Positions 42,237 through 51,629 of a stretch of 64,000 nucleotides of DNA are shown piece by piece. The position numbers were made by a program, and so were the translations under genes. Source of the stretch: an uncultured Chloroflexia bacterium (GTDB taxonomy: Bacteria; Chloroflexota; Limnocylindria; Limnocylindrales; CSP1-4); contig CAWHDR010000001.1 of assembly GCA_963828165.1 (NCBI GenBank), positions 2,784,001-2,848,000 on the forward strand, given 5' to 3'. The notes under the pieces are model-generated. The model had not been told where the DNA came from. It saw only the letters and a list, made by a program, of their open reading frames with translations, and searched no databases. Position 1 is the first letter of the stretch. Every line of letters begins with the position of its first letter.

Positions 42237-43709
42237 ATGGGCCAGATCCATCGCCGTCGATTCCTGCAGGGCGCTGCGGTCGCTGTCGGCGCTGCCGCCT
42301 TGGGTGGTCCGTTCCAGGGCTTCACCGCACTCGGCGCCGGCGCAGGCGCCACACCGGCGTTCCGGCGCCTCCGGGCGATCCCGGATCTGCGCGACGGACA
42401 GGTTCGGTTGTGGCTGCCCGATGGATTCGCCTATCGATCGTTCCACGACACCGAGTTCCCCGTGGTCCTCGACGACGGCACGAACCTGCCCGGCCGTCAC
42501 GATGGCATGGGTGCCTTTCCAGCCGAGAACGGCAACGTGATCCTCGTTCGGAATCACGAGGTGAACAATCCGGGCCCGGCCTTCGGAGACGCCAGCCTCG
42601 CCTACGATCCCATGGCCCAGAGCGGTACGACCACCATCGAGGTCACGCCCCAGGGTGAGGTCGTCCACGCGTTCACGAGCCTCAACGGGACCCAGATGAA
42701 CTGCTCTGGCGGACAGATGCCATGGGGCAGCTGGATCACCTGCGAGGAGACGATCAACGGTCCTGACGTCGGCCCCGACTTCACGGGTGTCTCCAACATC
42801 CCCCTCACCCAGCCGCACGGGTTCATCTTCGAGGTTCCCGCCGGTGGTCAGTCGGATCGCCAGCCCGTGACCAGGGCCGGCCGATTCGCCCACGAGGCCG
42901 TTTCGTTCGACCCCAAGGACGGGATCCTCTATCTGACCGAGGACAACTTCGGCTTCCCGTCGGGCTTCTTCCGATACATCCCGGGCGAGAACCCGATGGA
43001 GACCGGGTCGCTCGACAACCAAGGACGGCTCCAGATGCTCGCGGTCGTGGGTCAGCCGAACGCCAACCTGGCCGCCGAACAGCCGCAGCGCGCGACATAC
43101 CGTGTCGAATGGGTCGACATCGACGATCCGGACCCGTCGTTCCCGTACACGCCGGGGCAGACCGCACCCACGGCCAACGACACGGCCATCCGCTACGTGG
43201 GTGACCAGGGCCGTGCGCAGGGCGCGGCGTACTTCTCGCGGCTCGAAGGCTCCGTCCACGACAACGGCGTCGTGTACTTCTGCTCGACGCAGGGCGGCGG
43301 CCCCGCCGAGACGTCGCTCGGGCCGATCGCCGACGGGTTCGGCAACGGGACGGGCCAGATCTGGGCCTACCACACCCGGTCGGAGAAGCTGCAGCTCCTC
43401 TACCAGTCGCCGGGCGCGGATACGCTCGACTTCCCGGACAACGTCACCGCCAGCCCACGCGGCACGCTGATCCTGTGCGAGGACAACGTCAACGACAACT
43501 ATCTGCGCGGTCTGTCGCGCGGCGGGCAGCTGTCTGACGTGGCACTGAACCGCATGGTCAGCCAGCTGGGAACCAGGCCATCGCGGTTCAACGACGAGTT
43601 CGCCGGATCCACCTTCAGCCCGGACGGCGGGACGCTCTTCGTGAACATCCAGGCATCGCGTGGCATCTCCTACGCGATCTGGGGTCCCTGGGAGCGGATC
43701 GGGGTCTGA
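42237..43709 (+). CDS. phoX: PhoX-family alkaline phosphatase, Tat-exported
   Basis: RRRFLQ Tat motif, NHE, NCSGG..PWGSWITCEE, GRFAHEA, PDN, EFAGSTFSPDG.TLFVNIQ. Confidence 0.88.
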   Translation: MGQIHRRRFLQGAAVAVGAAALGGPFQGFTALGAGAGATPAFRRLRAIPDLRDGQVRLWLPDGFAYRSFHDTEFPVVLDDGTNLPGRHDGMGAFPAENGNVILVRNHEVNNPGPAFGDASLAYDPMAQSGTTTIEVTPQGEVVHAFTSLNGTQMNCSGGQMPWGSWITCEETINGPDVGPDFTGVSNIPLTQPHGFIFEVPAGGQSDRQPVTRAGRFAHEAVSFDPKDGILYLTEDNFGFPSGFFRYIPGENPMETGSLDNQGRLQMLAVVGQPNANLAAEQPQRATYRVEWVDIDDPDPSFPYTPGQTAPTANDTAIRYVGDQGRAQGAAYFSRLEGSVHDNGVVYFCSTQGGGPAETSLGPIADGFGNGTGQIWAYHTRSEKLQLLYQSPGADTLDFPDNVTASPRGTLILCEDNVNDNYLRGLSRGGQLSDVALNRMVSQLGTRPSRFNDEFAGSTFSPDGGTLFVNIQASRGISYAIWGPWERIGV

Positions 43710-43718
43710 GGGTCTCCC

Positions 43719-44036
43719 TCAGCGCGCCTTCGTCGCGGAGAGATACAGCGGCTCGCCCGTGTCGTCGGGGATGCGCAGGATGTGGCGCACGGGCGGCGCG
43801 CCTGGGTCGGACCCGACTGCCGTCCGGGACATGACGTCGTTCACACCGGGCGGCCACCACTCGAACGGCCGTCCGGCCGGGGTCGTGTGGATCTCGGGCG
43901 GGAGGTCGAGCTCGTCGATGTAGAGGGCTCGCCCGTCATGCGGCTCGCCGACCAGGGTCACCCGGATCAGGCCACCGCGCCCGTCGATCCGCGTCTTGAA
44001 CTCGGCCGGCTTGGGAAGGAATTCCTCGGCTGTCAT
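43719..44036 (-). CDS. Hypothetical protein
   Basis: Coding-like ORF; TAGAAT 8 nt before ATG. Confidence 0.6.
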   Translation of the reverse strand: MTAEEFLPKPAEFKTRIDGRGGLIRVTLVGEPHDGRALYIDELDLPPEIHTTPAGRPFEWWPPGVNDVMSRTAVGSDPGAPPVRHILRIPDDTGEPLYLSATKAR

Positions 44037-44109
44037 GAGGAGGCATTCTAGGTCGTCATCGAGGGCGTTGGGCTCAGGAGCGTGGCCGGTCCCGACCCGA
44101 GAGTGTTGA

Positions 44110-45213
44110 TCAGCCGGCGTCGACCGTCGGGCCGACCGTCTCGCGCGCCCACGGCATGAGCGTGGGCGGCACGAAGGTCGAGGCGATCTCGATCCGCCGC
44201 CCACCCTCGGTCATGGAGGTCGCAGCCGCCTCGAGGATCTCGACGACGTGGGCGGCCTGTTCACCGCTGGCCCGGTGTGGTCGATCCTCCGCGATCGCCG
44301 CGGCCATCTCGGCGACGCCGCGGGCCCACGCCGTCCCGCGAAACCCGGGCCGAACCAGGTCCACGGCCTCGTAGTCCTCGCCGTAGGCTCCGAGCTCGAC
44401 CGTGGCGTCGAAGTCCTGGAAGCTGCCGAGTGCCAGGGACGCGTCGTCACCGTGGAATTCGATGCTGCCGGTGAGCTTGGTCGGACGCCCGACGTAAAAG
44501 CTCGCACCGAGCCGGACGACGGCGCCACCATCGAGCTCGATCGCCGCCACGATGAGATCCGGGCTGCCGATCCGGAAGGGTGCCCCGTCGATCGTCACGC
44601 GATCCGGCTTCAGGCCCCAGCCCCATGCCTGGACCGCCCGGGCGCGCCCCAGCATCGTGGTCACGAGCGTGATCGGGTAGACGCCGACATCCACGAGCAC
44701 GCCGACATCGAAGAACGGCGCGGGGGCGGGGTGCCACGTCTCGATCCGACCCCAGTTCACCTCCGCGTAGACGGCCCGCACCTTGCCGAGGCGACCGGTC
44801 TGGATCATCGCGGCGGCCGTCTGCTGCGCCTCCCCGAGGAACGTGGCCGGTGAGCAACCCAGGCGGAGGCCCAGCTCCGCGGCGACCCGGACGAGCTCGT
44901 GCGCCTCGTCCGCCCGCAGCGCCAGCGGCTTTTCGCTGTACACGTGCCGACCCGCCTCGAGGGCGCGCTTCGTGACCTCGTGATGGGCGTGGTGGATCGT
45001 GAGGTTGACCACGATGTCGACCTCCGGGTCCGCCAGGAGATCGTCGAGCGAGGCGTGGGCACGGCAGGCGTGCTCCGTCGCGAAGGCGGCCGCACGCTCG
45101 GGATCCAGGTCCGCCGCGGCGACCAGCCGGATCTCCGGGTGCGTGCTGGCATCACTCGCATACCCGCCTGCGATGTTGCCCGTTCCGATGATGCCGATAC
45201 CGAGGGGTGTCAT
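44110..45213 (-). CDS. Gfo/Idh/MocA oxidoreductase
   Basis: GIIGTGNIA, HVYSEKP, DVGVY. Confidence 0.92.
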   Translation of the reverse strand: MTPLGIGIIGTGNIAGGYASDASTHPEIRLVAAADLDPERAAAFATEHACRAHASLDDLLADPEVDIVVNLTIHHAHHEVTKRALEAGRHVYSEKPLALRADEAHELVRVAAELGLRLGCSPATFLGEAQQTAAAMIQTGRLGKVRAVYAEVNWGRIETWHPAPAPFFDVGVLVDVGVYPITLVTTMLGRARAVQAWGWGLKPDRVTIDGAPFRIGSPDLIVAAIELDGGAVVRLGASFYVGRPTKLTGSIEFHGDDASLALGSFQDFDATVELGAYGEDYEAVDLVRPGFRGTAWARGVAEMAAAIAEDRPHRASGEQAAHVVEILEAAATSMTEGGRRIEIASTFVPPTLMPWARETVGPTVDAG

Positions 45214-45254
45214 GGAGCAGAGGCTACGTCAGTTGGATGCCCTATCGTGCGCGG

Positions 45255-46007
45255 ATGCGACACGACCAGATCGCGCTGCAGCTCTACACGGTTCGCGGAC
45301 TGATGGCCAAAGACCTGCCCGGAACCCTCCAGGCGGTTTCCGAGGCAGGCTACCGGGCGGTCGAGCTCGCAGGGTTGCCAGAGATCGCGCCCGCTGCGCT
45401 CGCTGCGTTGCTGAACAAGATGGGGCTGCGCGCCATCGCCTCGCACGAGGGCGTCGAGCGACTCCGGGACGACGTGACGGCCGTCGCCGAGCGGCTGGCC
45501 GAGCTGGGCTGCCCGCGCGTGATCGTGCCCTGGATGCCGGAAGAGGATCGTCAGACGGCCGACGACGTGCGCCGCTTCGCCGCCGAGCTTGGTCGGTTCG
45601 CCACGGATTTCGCGAGCCATGGGATCCGGCTCGGATATCACAACCACGATTTCGAGTTTGCGGCGCTGGGCGGGACAACGGTGTGGGACGTTCTGCTGGA
45701 CGAGCTATCACCTGACGTCGAGATCGAGCTGGACGTGTACTGGGCGGCCTTCGGTGGCCGCGATCCGGTGTCGGAGATCCGGGCGACGAGTGACCGCGTG
45801 CGCCTCCTCCACATGAAGGACCGAGCAACGGGTCCTGAGCGCCGCGACGCCCCGGCTGGGGAGGGGACCCTGCCCTTCCAGACGATGGTGGAAGCGGGCC
45901 GATCCGCCGGCGTCGAGTGGTACGTCGTCGAGCAGGACGTGCCACGCGACCCGTTGCGCGACATCGCGAGCGCCTATCGGTTCCTGCGCTCGCTCGCCGG
46001 CGAATGA
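45255..46007 (+). CDS. Sugar phosphate isomerase/epimerase (xylose-isomerase-like TIM barrel)
   Basis: LQLYTVR, GYHNHDFEF, ELDVYW, LHMKD, VEQD. Confidence 0.9.
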   Translation: MRHDQIALQLYTVRGLMAKDLPGTLQAVSEAGYRAVELAGLPEIAPAALAALLNKMGLRAIASHEGVERLRDDVTAVAERLAELGCPRVIVPWMPEEDRQTADDVRRFAAELGRFATDFASHGIRLGYHNHDFEFAALGGTTVWDVLLDELSPDVEIELDVYWAAFGGRDPVSEIRATSDRVRLLHMKDRATGPERRDAPAGEGTLPFQTMVEAGRSAGVEWYVVEQDVPRDPLRDIASAYRFLRSLAGE

Positions 46008-46017
46008 GCACCGAGCC

Positions 46018-46287
46018 GTGAGCGAGTTCATCCGACGCCTGCTCGGCGGCGACCGACCGCCAGGCGATGCCCCGAAGCCGTCGACCGAAACCATCGTCCC
46101 GACAGTGGCGGCCGAGACGGCGGACGTCGACGCCGCCGAGCGTGCACACGAGCTTGACCTGCTCCGCGAGGAGCAGGCGCGCCTCGACGACCTGGCACAA
46201 CGCCAGCTCAAGTACGCGCACTACTCCTGGGAGCCACCGCGGCAGGGTGGCGAACGCCGCGCCGACGACGTCGACGAGACGTCGTAA
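46018..46287 (+). CDS. Hypothetical protein
   Basis: GC3-rich ORF directly after the isomerase gene. Confidence 0.55.
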   Translation: MSEFIRRLLGGDRPPGDAPKPSTETIVPTVAAETADVDAAERAHELDLLREEQARLDDLAQRQLKYAHYSWEPPRQGGERRADDVDETS

Positions 46288-46294
46288 CCGCCGA

Positions 46295-46741
46295 TCAGTT
46301 CGTCAGCCGGCCCTCGTAGACGTCGATGATCCCGACGGCCGTGCTCGTCCCGACCAGGGACCCACCGCCCCGCAGGCCGGTGTAGTCACCGGTCCCACCG
46401 ACGACGGCAAAGCCACCGACCGTACCCGTGCCATCCGGCGAAGCCCCGGCGTTGACCCGGATCTGGAAGGTGCCCGACCCGTCATCGCAGGTCAGGGTCT
46501 TGACCAGGTGGAAGGTCGCGGCGCCGCGGCCCATGCGGCCAAATCCGGCGGCGAACACCGGATCGGTCACGGCCGTCCCGGATTCGCAGAGGACGCCACC
46601 GGTGGCCGTGAACTCCTCCGAGACCTCGAACACGATGTCGATCGTCAGGACGGTCTGCGGTGGGGCTGCGGCGCTCGCTACCGGCGCCACGAGGAGGGCA
46701 AGCAGCAGGCCGATCGTCGATCCGAGTCTGAGGATGCGCAT
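46295..46741 (-). CDS. Secreted beta-rich protein
   Basis: Signal peptide ending ASA; FAVVGGTGDYTGLRGGG; SD GGGAG. Confidence 0.75.
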   Translation of the reverse strand: MRILRLGSTIGLLLALLVAPVASAAAPPQTVLTIDIVFEVSEEFTATGGVLCESGTAVTDPVFAAGFGRMGRGAATFHLVKTLTCDDGSGTFQIRVNAGASPDGTGTVGGFAVVGGTGDYTGLRGGGSLVGTSTAVGIIDVYEGRLTN

Positions 46742-46863
46742 GGCGTCTCTCCCGTCCGGGCTTCGGAGCGCTCCGTGGCCCCGACCACCTACTCCATAGG
46801 CGTTCGAACAGCCCAAACGGTTCTCTTTTCGGGTCGAGCATCGCGGGTGGCACAATGCCCGGC

Positions 46864-48841
46864 ATGACGGACGTCAAGCCGCCGACCTTCAGCCCGCACG
46901 CGGACCCGCTCCGGGCCGGTCGTGACGCGTTGGCCCGGCATGCGTGGCTGGAAGCGTTCGAACAGCTGTCGCTGGCCGATCGCGACGGCGGATTGTCGGC
47001 GGGCGCCGACCTCGAGGCGCTCGCCCTGGCCTCGTTCTTCGGCGCCCATGCGGAGGGCGAGCTCACGGCCAAGGAACGGGCGTTCAAGGCGTACGAGGCG
47101 GAGGGGAACGAGCTGCGTGCGGCCTACCTGGCGATCGACATCGCCCGTTGGTACGGCTACGAGGGCAAGTTTTCGATCGCCTCCGCGTGGAAGCGCCGTG
47201 CGGAGCGGCTCATCGGTCTCGAAGGCGAGACCTACGCGCACGGTTACCTGGCACTGATCGCCAGCGAGGCGGCCGGGGCGATGGGCGATCCCGACACGGC
47301 GCTGGCCCTCGCCGAGCGCGCGGTCGAGATCGGCAAGGCTGCCGACGATGCCGACCTGACGGCGTACGGACTGACGAACCTGGGTGCACTCAAGATCGCC
47401 TCGGGCGCGACCGTCGACGGTTTGAACCTCATGGAGGAGGCGTCGATCGCTGCCGTCAACGGCGACCTCTCGCCGTTCACTAGTGGCGTGACGGCGTGCC
47501 GGATGATCGGCGCCTGTCGCGACCTGACGGACTACCGCCGTGCGAGCGAATGGATCGAGGCGACCGAGAAGTACTGCGACCGGCAGTCGGTCTCCGGCTT
47601 CCCCGGCATCTGCCGCGTCCACCGCGCCGAGGTCTCGGTCATCGGCGGGGCCTGGGACCAGGCGGAGCAGGACCTGGAGCGGGCCACGGTCGAGCTCGGC
47701 GCGTACAACGCCACACCGCCCCAGGCTGACGGGTTCTACGCGATCGGCGACGTCCGGCGGCTCAAGGGCGATTTCGAGGGCGCCGAGGCAGCGCTCCGCG
47801 AAGCCCATGCCCGCGGCCGGTCGCCGCAGCCGGCGCTTGCCCTCGTTCGCCTGGCGGAGGGCAAGGTCAAGGCGGCTTCGGCGGCCATCAACGCCGCCCT
47901 GGCCGAGGAGACGTGGGATCGCTGGGCACGAGCGCGACTCTTGCCGGCCCAGGCGGAGATCGCGATCGCGGCCGGCGACATCGCGCTCGCTCGAACAGCG
48001 GTCGATGAGCTGGTCGGAGTGGTTTCTGGGTACCCATCGCCGGCGCTCGAGGCGGGCCGCCAGACGGCACTCGGCCGCGTGCTCGTCGCGGAGGGCGACT
48101 TTCCCACGGCGACTCGGGAGCTGCGCGGCGCGATCAAAGGTTGGCGCGAGGTGGGTGCCCCGTACGAAGTCGCTCGGGCGAGGGCCGTGCTGTCGAAAGC
48201 GCTCCGAGCCATGGGCAACGAGGACGACGCCGAGCTCGAGCTGCGCGCGGCGCTCGACGAGTTCCGCCGGCTCGGCGCCCGCGTCGATGTCGAAGGGGCC
48301 GAACGCGAGCTCCGCGAGGCTGAGGACCGCCGGACCGGGCCGCAGAGTGCCACGAAGACCTTCATGTTCACCGACATCGTCGGTTCGACCAACCTTGCGG
48401 AGATGCTGGGAGACAAGGCCTGGGAGCGACTGCTTGCGCTGGCACGACGACATGCTCCGAAGGCTTGTGGCCAGCGGGGGAGGGGAGGTCGTCAATTCCA
48501 CCGGCGACGGCTTCTTCGTGGCCTTTGACGCTGCTCGATCGGGTGTCGACTGTGCCATTTCCATCCAGCGGGCCCTGGCCGATCATCGCGACAGCACGGG
48601 TTTCGCGCTGTCCGTTCGCATCGGCCTCCACACCGCCGAGGCCAACCGGCGCGGGACGGATTACAGCGGCACGGCGGTCCACGTCGCCGCGCGCGTCGCG
48701 GCACTGGCCGTGGGCGGGGAGATCCTCGCGACGGCCGAGACCCTGGCCGATGCCGGGACCGTTTCGACCTCCGGTGCCCGGTCGGCATCGGTCAAGGGCG
48801 TGACGGCCCCCGTCGACGTGGCAGCGATCGCCTGGTCCTAG
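46864..48841 (+). CDS. TPR-like sensor + class III adenylate/guanylate cyclase (extra T at ~48435)
   Basis: GICRVHRAE; TFMFTDIVGST, then the next frame reads RWHDD...NSTGDGFF...VRIGLH...VHVAARV. Confidence 0.88.
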
Positions 48842-48887
48842 CAGCCAACGCGGCCTTGGCGGCCGCCGTCGGCGTATCGTGGACACC

Positions 48888-49586
48888 ATGGCCAAGGCGA
48901 CGGACAACGACGACTCCCTCAAGCGCCTCGGTGGCGGGCGCTGGCAGACGCGCGACGAGCAATTCACGATCGAGCCGCAGTCGGGCACCTGGGTCGTGGT
49001 CGATGCCGAGCAGACCGACGATCTCGGGTTGCCGCTGGTCCGTGGGCCCTTCGGCAGCCTCGGCGCCGCGAAGGCAGGGATCGCGACGGCGCGGGACTCG
49101 GAACCGGCTGCCTCGCCCCTGGCCGCGAGGCTGCGGGACCGCCCGGCGAGCAAGTCGAGCAAGGACGACGACCAACCGCGCAAGAACGGGGCAGCGGGAG
49201 CCAAAGCGGCCGCTGATTCTGCCTCGCCCGCGAAACCCGCCAAGGCCGCCAAGGCCGCCAAGCGCCCCGAGCCCGAGCCGCCCGCAGAGCCACGTTGGAT
49301 CCAGGCCCTGGAACCTGCCGATCGGCGGCGTGCGAAACGGATGATCGACGCGCTCGCGGAGGCCGGCGCATCCGACCCGGAAGGGATCGCGCGACGCGAC
49401 ATCGTCGGCGAGGTCCCGGCCGCGGCCGCCTTCGCCATCGCGCGCGCGCTCAAGGAGCTGGGTGACGACGCCTCCCCGCTGGAGGTTGCCCGGCTGCTCG
49501 GGGGAGGCCGCGACGAGGGACTCGGTGTCCGGTGGCGTCTGGTCGACGCCGACGACCGGCCGATCACGCTCGATCTCGAGGCCTGA
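48888..49586 (+). CDS. Hypothetical two-domain protein with Lys/Ala linker
   Basis: TATCGT 7 nt before ATG; operonic with the next genes. Confidence 0.7.
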   Translation: MAKATDNDDSLKRLGGGRWQTRDEQFTIEPQSGTWVVVDAEQTDDLGLPLVRGPFGSLGAAKAGIATARDSEPAASPLAARLRDRPASKSSKDDDQPRKNGAAGAKAAADSASPAKPAKAAKAAKRPEPEPPAEPRWIQALEPADRRRAKRMIDALAEAGASDPEGIARRDIVGEVPAAAAFAIARALKELGDDASPLEVARLLGGGRDEGLGVRWRLVDADDRPITLDLEA

Positions 49587-49589
49587 GCG

Positions 49590-49838
49590 ATGGATGAGTT
49601 CCTGTCCACGAAGGAGATGGGCTGGGTGCTGGGTAGATCGGCGGGTAGCGTCCGCGACATGATCCGCGACGGCGAGATCGAGGGTGTCCGCCTGCCCGAG
49701 GGCTTTCGGGTCCCGAAGGCCGAGGCCCTGCGAGTGGCGCGCGAACGGATCGAGGCGGAGGCGGGCCGCAAGCTGTCCGATCGGGAGCTCGAGCGACTCA
49801 TCGACGAGGTCATCGCGACCAACGAGCAGCGTGCCTGA
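49590..49838 (+). CDS. Excisionase/MerR-like HTH DNA-binding protein
   Basis: FLSTKEMGWVLGRSAGSVRDMIRDGEIEGVR...FRVP. Confidence 0.8.
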   Translation: MDEFLSTKEMGWVLGRSAGSVRDMIRDGEIEGVRLPEGFRVPKAEALRVARERIEAEAGRKLSDRELERLIDEVIATNEQRA

Positions 49839-51078
49839 CCCGGCCGGCCGCACGGTCACCTACCGCGTCCCTGGTGCCACGCTCACCGAGCGCGAGCACG
49901 ACGTGCCGCTCGATCACGCGCGCGCGGATGGGCCGCGAATCACGATCTTCACCCGCGAGGTGGCCGCGCCGGACGGTGGCGACCGTCCGTACCTGCTCTT
50001 CCTCCAGGGCGGACCGGGTTACGAGGCGACCCGACCCACGAGTCCACCGACCGGCTGGATGAAGCGCGCGCTGGCCGACTACCGGGTGTTGTTGCTCGAC
50101 CAGCGTGGAACGGGGCGATCGACGCCGGTCGGTTCCCAGATCCCGGGCGACACGCCGGAAGGACAGGCGTCGTACCTGACGCATTTCCGCGCCGATTCGA
50201 TCGTGCGCGACGCGGAGCATGTCCGCCGGGAGCTCGGTGTGGACCGCTGGAGCGTGCTCGGCCAGAGCTTCGGTGGCTTCACCACGATGACGTACCTGTC
50301 GATCGCGCCCGAGGCGCTCCGCGAAGCCTTCATCACGGGCGGCCTGTCGCCCATCGGCCGGCCGGTCGACGACATCTACGGCGCGACCTACCGGCGTCTG
50401 ATCGTGGCGAACCGGCGCTACTTCGAGCGCTACCCGGACGATCGGGCACGAGTCGACGAGATCCTGCGCCGACTGGAGGACGAGGACGTGCGTCTCCCGT
50501 CCAGCGACCGGCTCACGGCTCGCCGGTTCCGCCAGCTCGGGATGTGGCTGGGCGACAGCGCCGGCTTCGAGCTCCTGCACCACGTGATCGAGCTGCCGTT
50601 CGCCTCACCCGCGTTCCTGCACGACGCCGAGGCTGGCGTCCGGTTCGGCCGCAACCCGATCTACGCGACCCTGCACGAGTCGTCGTACGCCGACGGCGTG
50701 GCGACACGCTGGTCGGCGGAGCGCCTGCTGCCGGACGAGATCACGGCCCAGGGCTCCTTCACGGCCGAGCACGTCTTCCCCTGGATGTGGGAGGACTACG
50801 GGGGACTTCGCGATCACCGCGCCGCCGCCGAGCTACTCGCGGAGCATGCGTGGCCCGCGCTGTACGACGCCGATCGGCTGCGGCACAACGAGGTCCCGGT
50901 CGCGGCCACGATCTACGTCAACGACCTGTACGTCGAGCGCGACTTCGCCGAGGAGACCGCCGCGACGATCCGCGGTCTGCGGACGTGGGAGACCGACGAG
51001 TTCGAGCACAACGGCCTGCGCGCCGACGGCGAGCGGGTGCTCGGCCGATTGATCGACCTGGTGCGCGGACGAGCCTGA
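49831..51078 (+). CDS. pip: Proline iminopeptidase (alpha/beta hydrolase)
   Basis: FLQGGPG, DQRGTGRS, FRADSIVRD, GQSFGG, EHNGLR. Confidence 0.88.
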   Translation: MPDPAGRTVTYRVPGATLTEREHDVPLDHARADGPRITIFTREVAAPDGGDRPYLLFLQGGPGYEATRPTSPPTGWMKRALADYRVLLLDQRGTGRSTPVGSQIPGDTPEGQASYLTHFRADSIVRDAEHVRRELGVDRWSVLGQSFGGFTTMTYLSIAPEALREAFITGGLSPIGRPVDDIYGATYRRLIVANRRYFERYPDDRARVDEILRRLEDEDVRLPSSDRLTARRFRQLGMWLGDSAGFELLHHVIELPFASPAFLHDAEAGVRFGRNPIYATLHESSYADGVATRWSAERLLPDEITAQGSFTAEHVFPWMWEDYGGLRDHRAAAELLAEHAWPALYDADRLRHNEVPVAATIYVNDLYVERDFAEETAATIRGLRTWETDEFEHNGLRADGERVLGRLIDLVRGRA

Positions 51079-51164
51079 TCGCGCGCTGATTCAGGGCCGC
51101 TCATCGCGACGGACATGGAAAAGCCGGGCGGTCGGATGACCGCCCGGTTTCGACGAGGGGATTG

Positions 51165-51482
51165 CTACTGCGAGATCGGGTACATCTGGCGCTGGCGCGC
51201 CTCCCACTCCTGCGCCGACTTGAGGACGGCCTGGTCGTGGGGGGAGAGATACCGACCGCGCTGTTCGCGGTGGAGCCGCTCCCACTCGGCGCCGTAGGCA
51301 TCCCACTTGGCCTGCTCGGCGGCTGCCGCGCGGATCTGCTCGGCGGTGGCACGTTCGACGAGCGTCTGCACGCCGGTGCCGACGAGCCCGCCGACGATGC
51401 CACCGAGCATCGATGCCGCGAGTGCGACCCCGATCAGGGCGGTCGATGGGCTCGTTCGCTGGGTCTGGGTGAGTTCAGTCAC
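51165..51482 (-). CDS. Small membrane-anchored hypothetical protein
   Basis: One TM helix; SD-like GAAGGG before GTG. Confidence 0.65.
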   Translation of the reverse strand: MTELTQTQRTSPSTALIGVALAASMLGGIVGGLVGTGVQTLVERATAEQIRAAAAEQAKWDAYGAEWERLHREQRGRYLSPHDQAVLKSAQEWEARQRQMYPISQ

Positions 51483-51629
51483 TTGGATTTCCCTTCTTCG
51501 TGGCGCTTCGTCGTCGAGCGCCTTCGATGAACCCATCCTCGATGCCGCCGGACCCCGGGGAAATCACGGAAGTCCCTATATCTGAGGCCGCCGCGGGTCT
51601 CGCGAACCCCCGGATTCGGCCCCCAGACG

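Noticed and set aside
49590-49838. Prophage or ICE remnant suggested by the excisionase-like HTH
   Set aside because: No integrase, att repeats, tRNA target or phage genes nearby.
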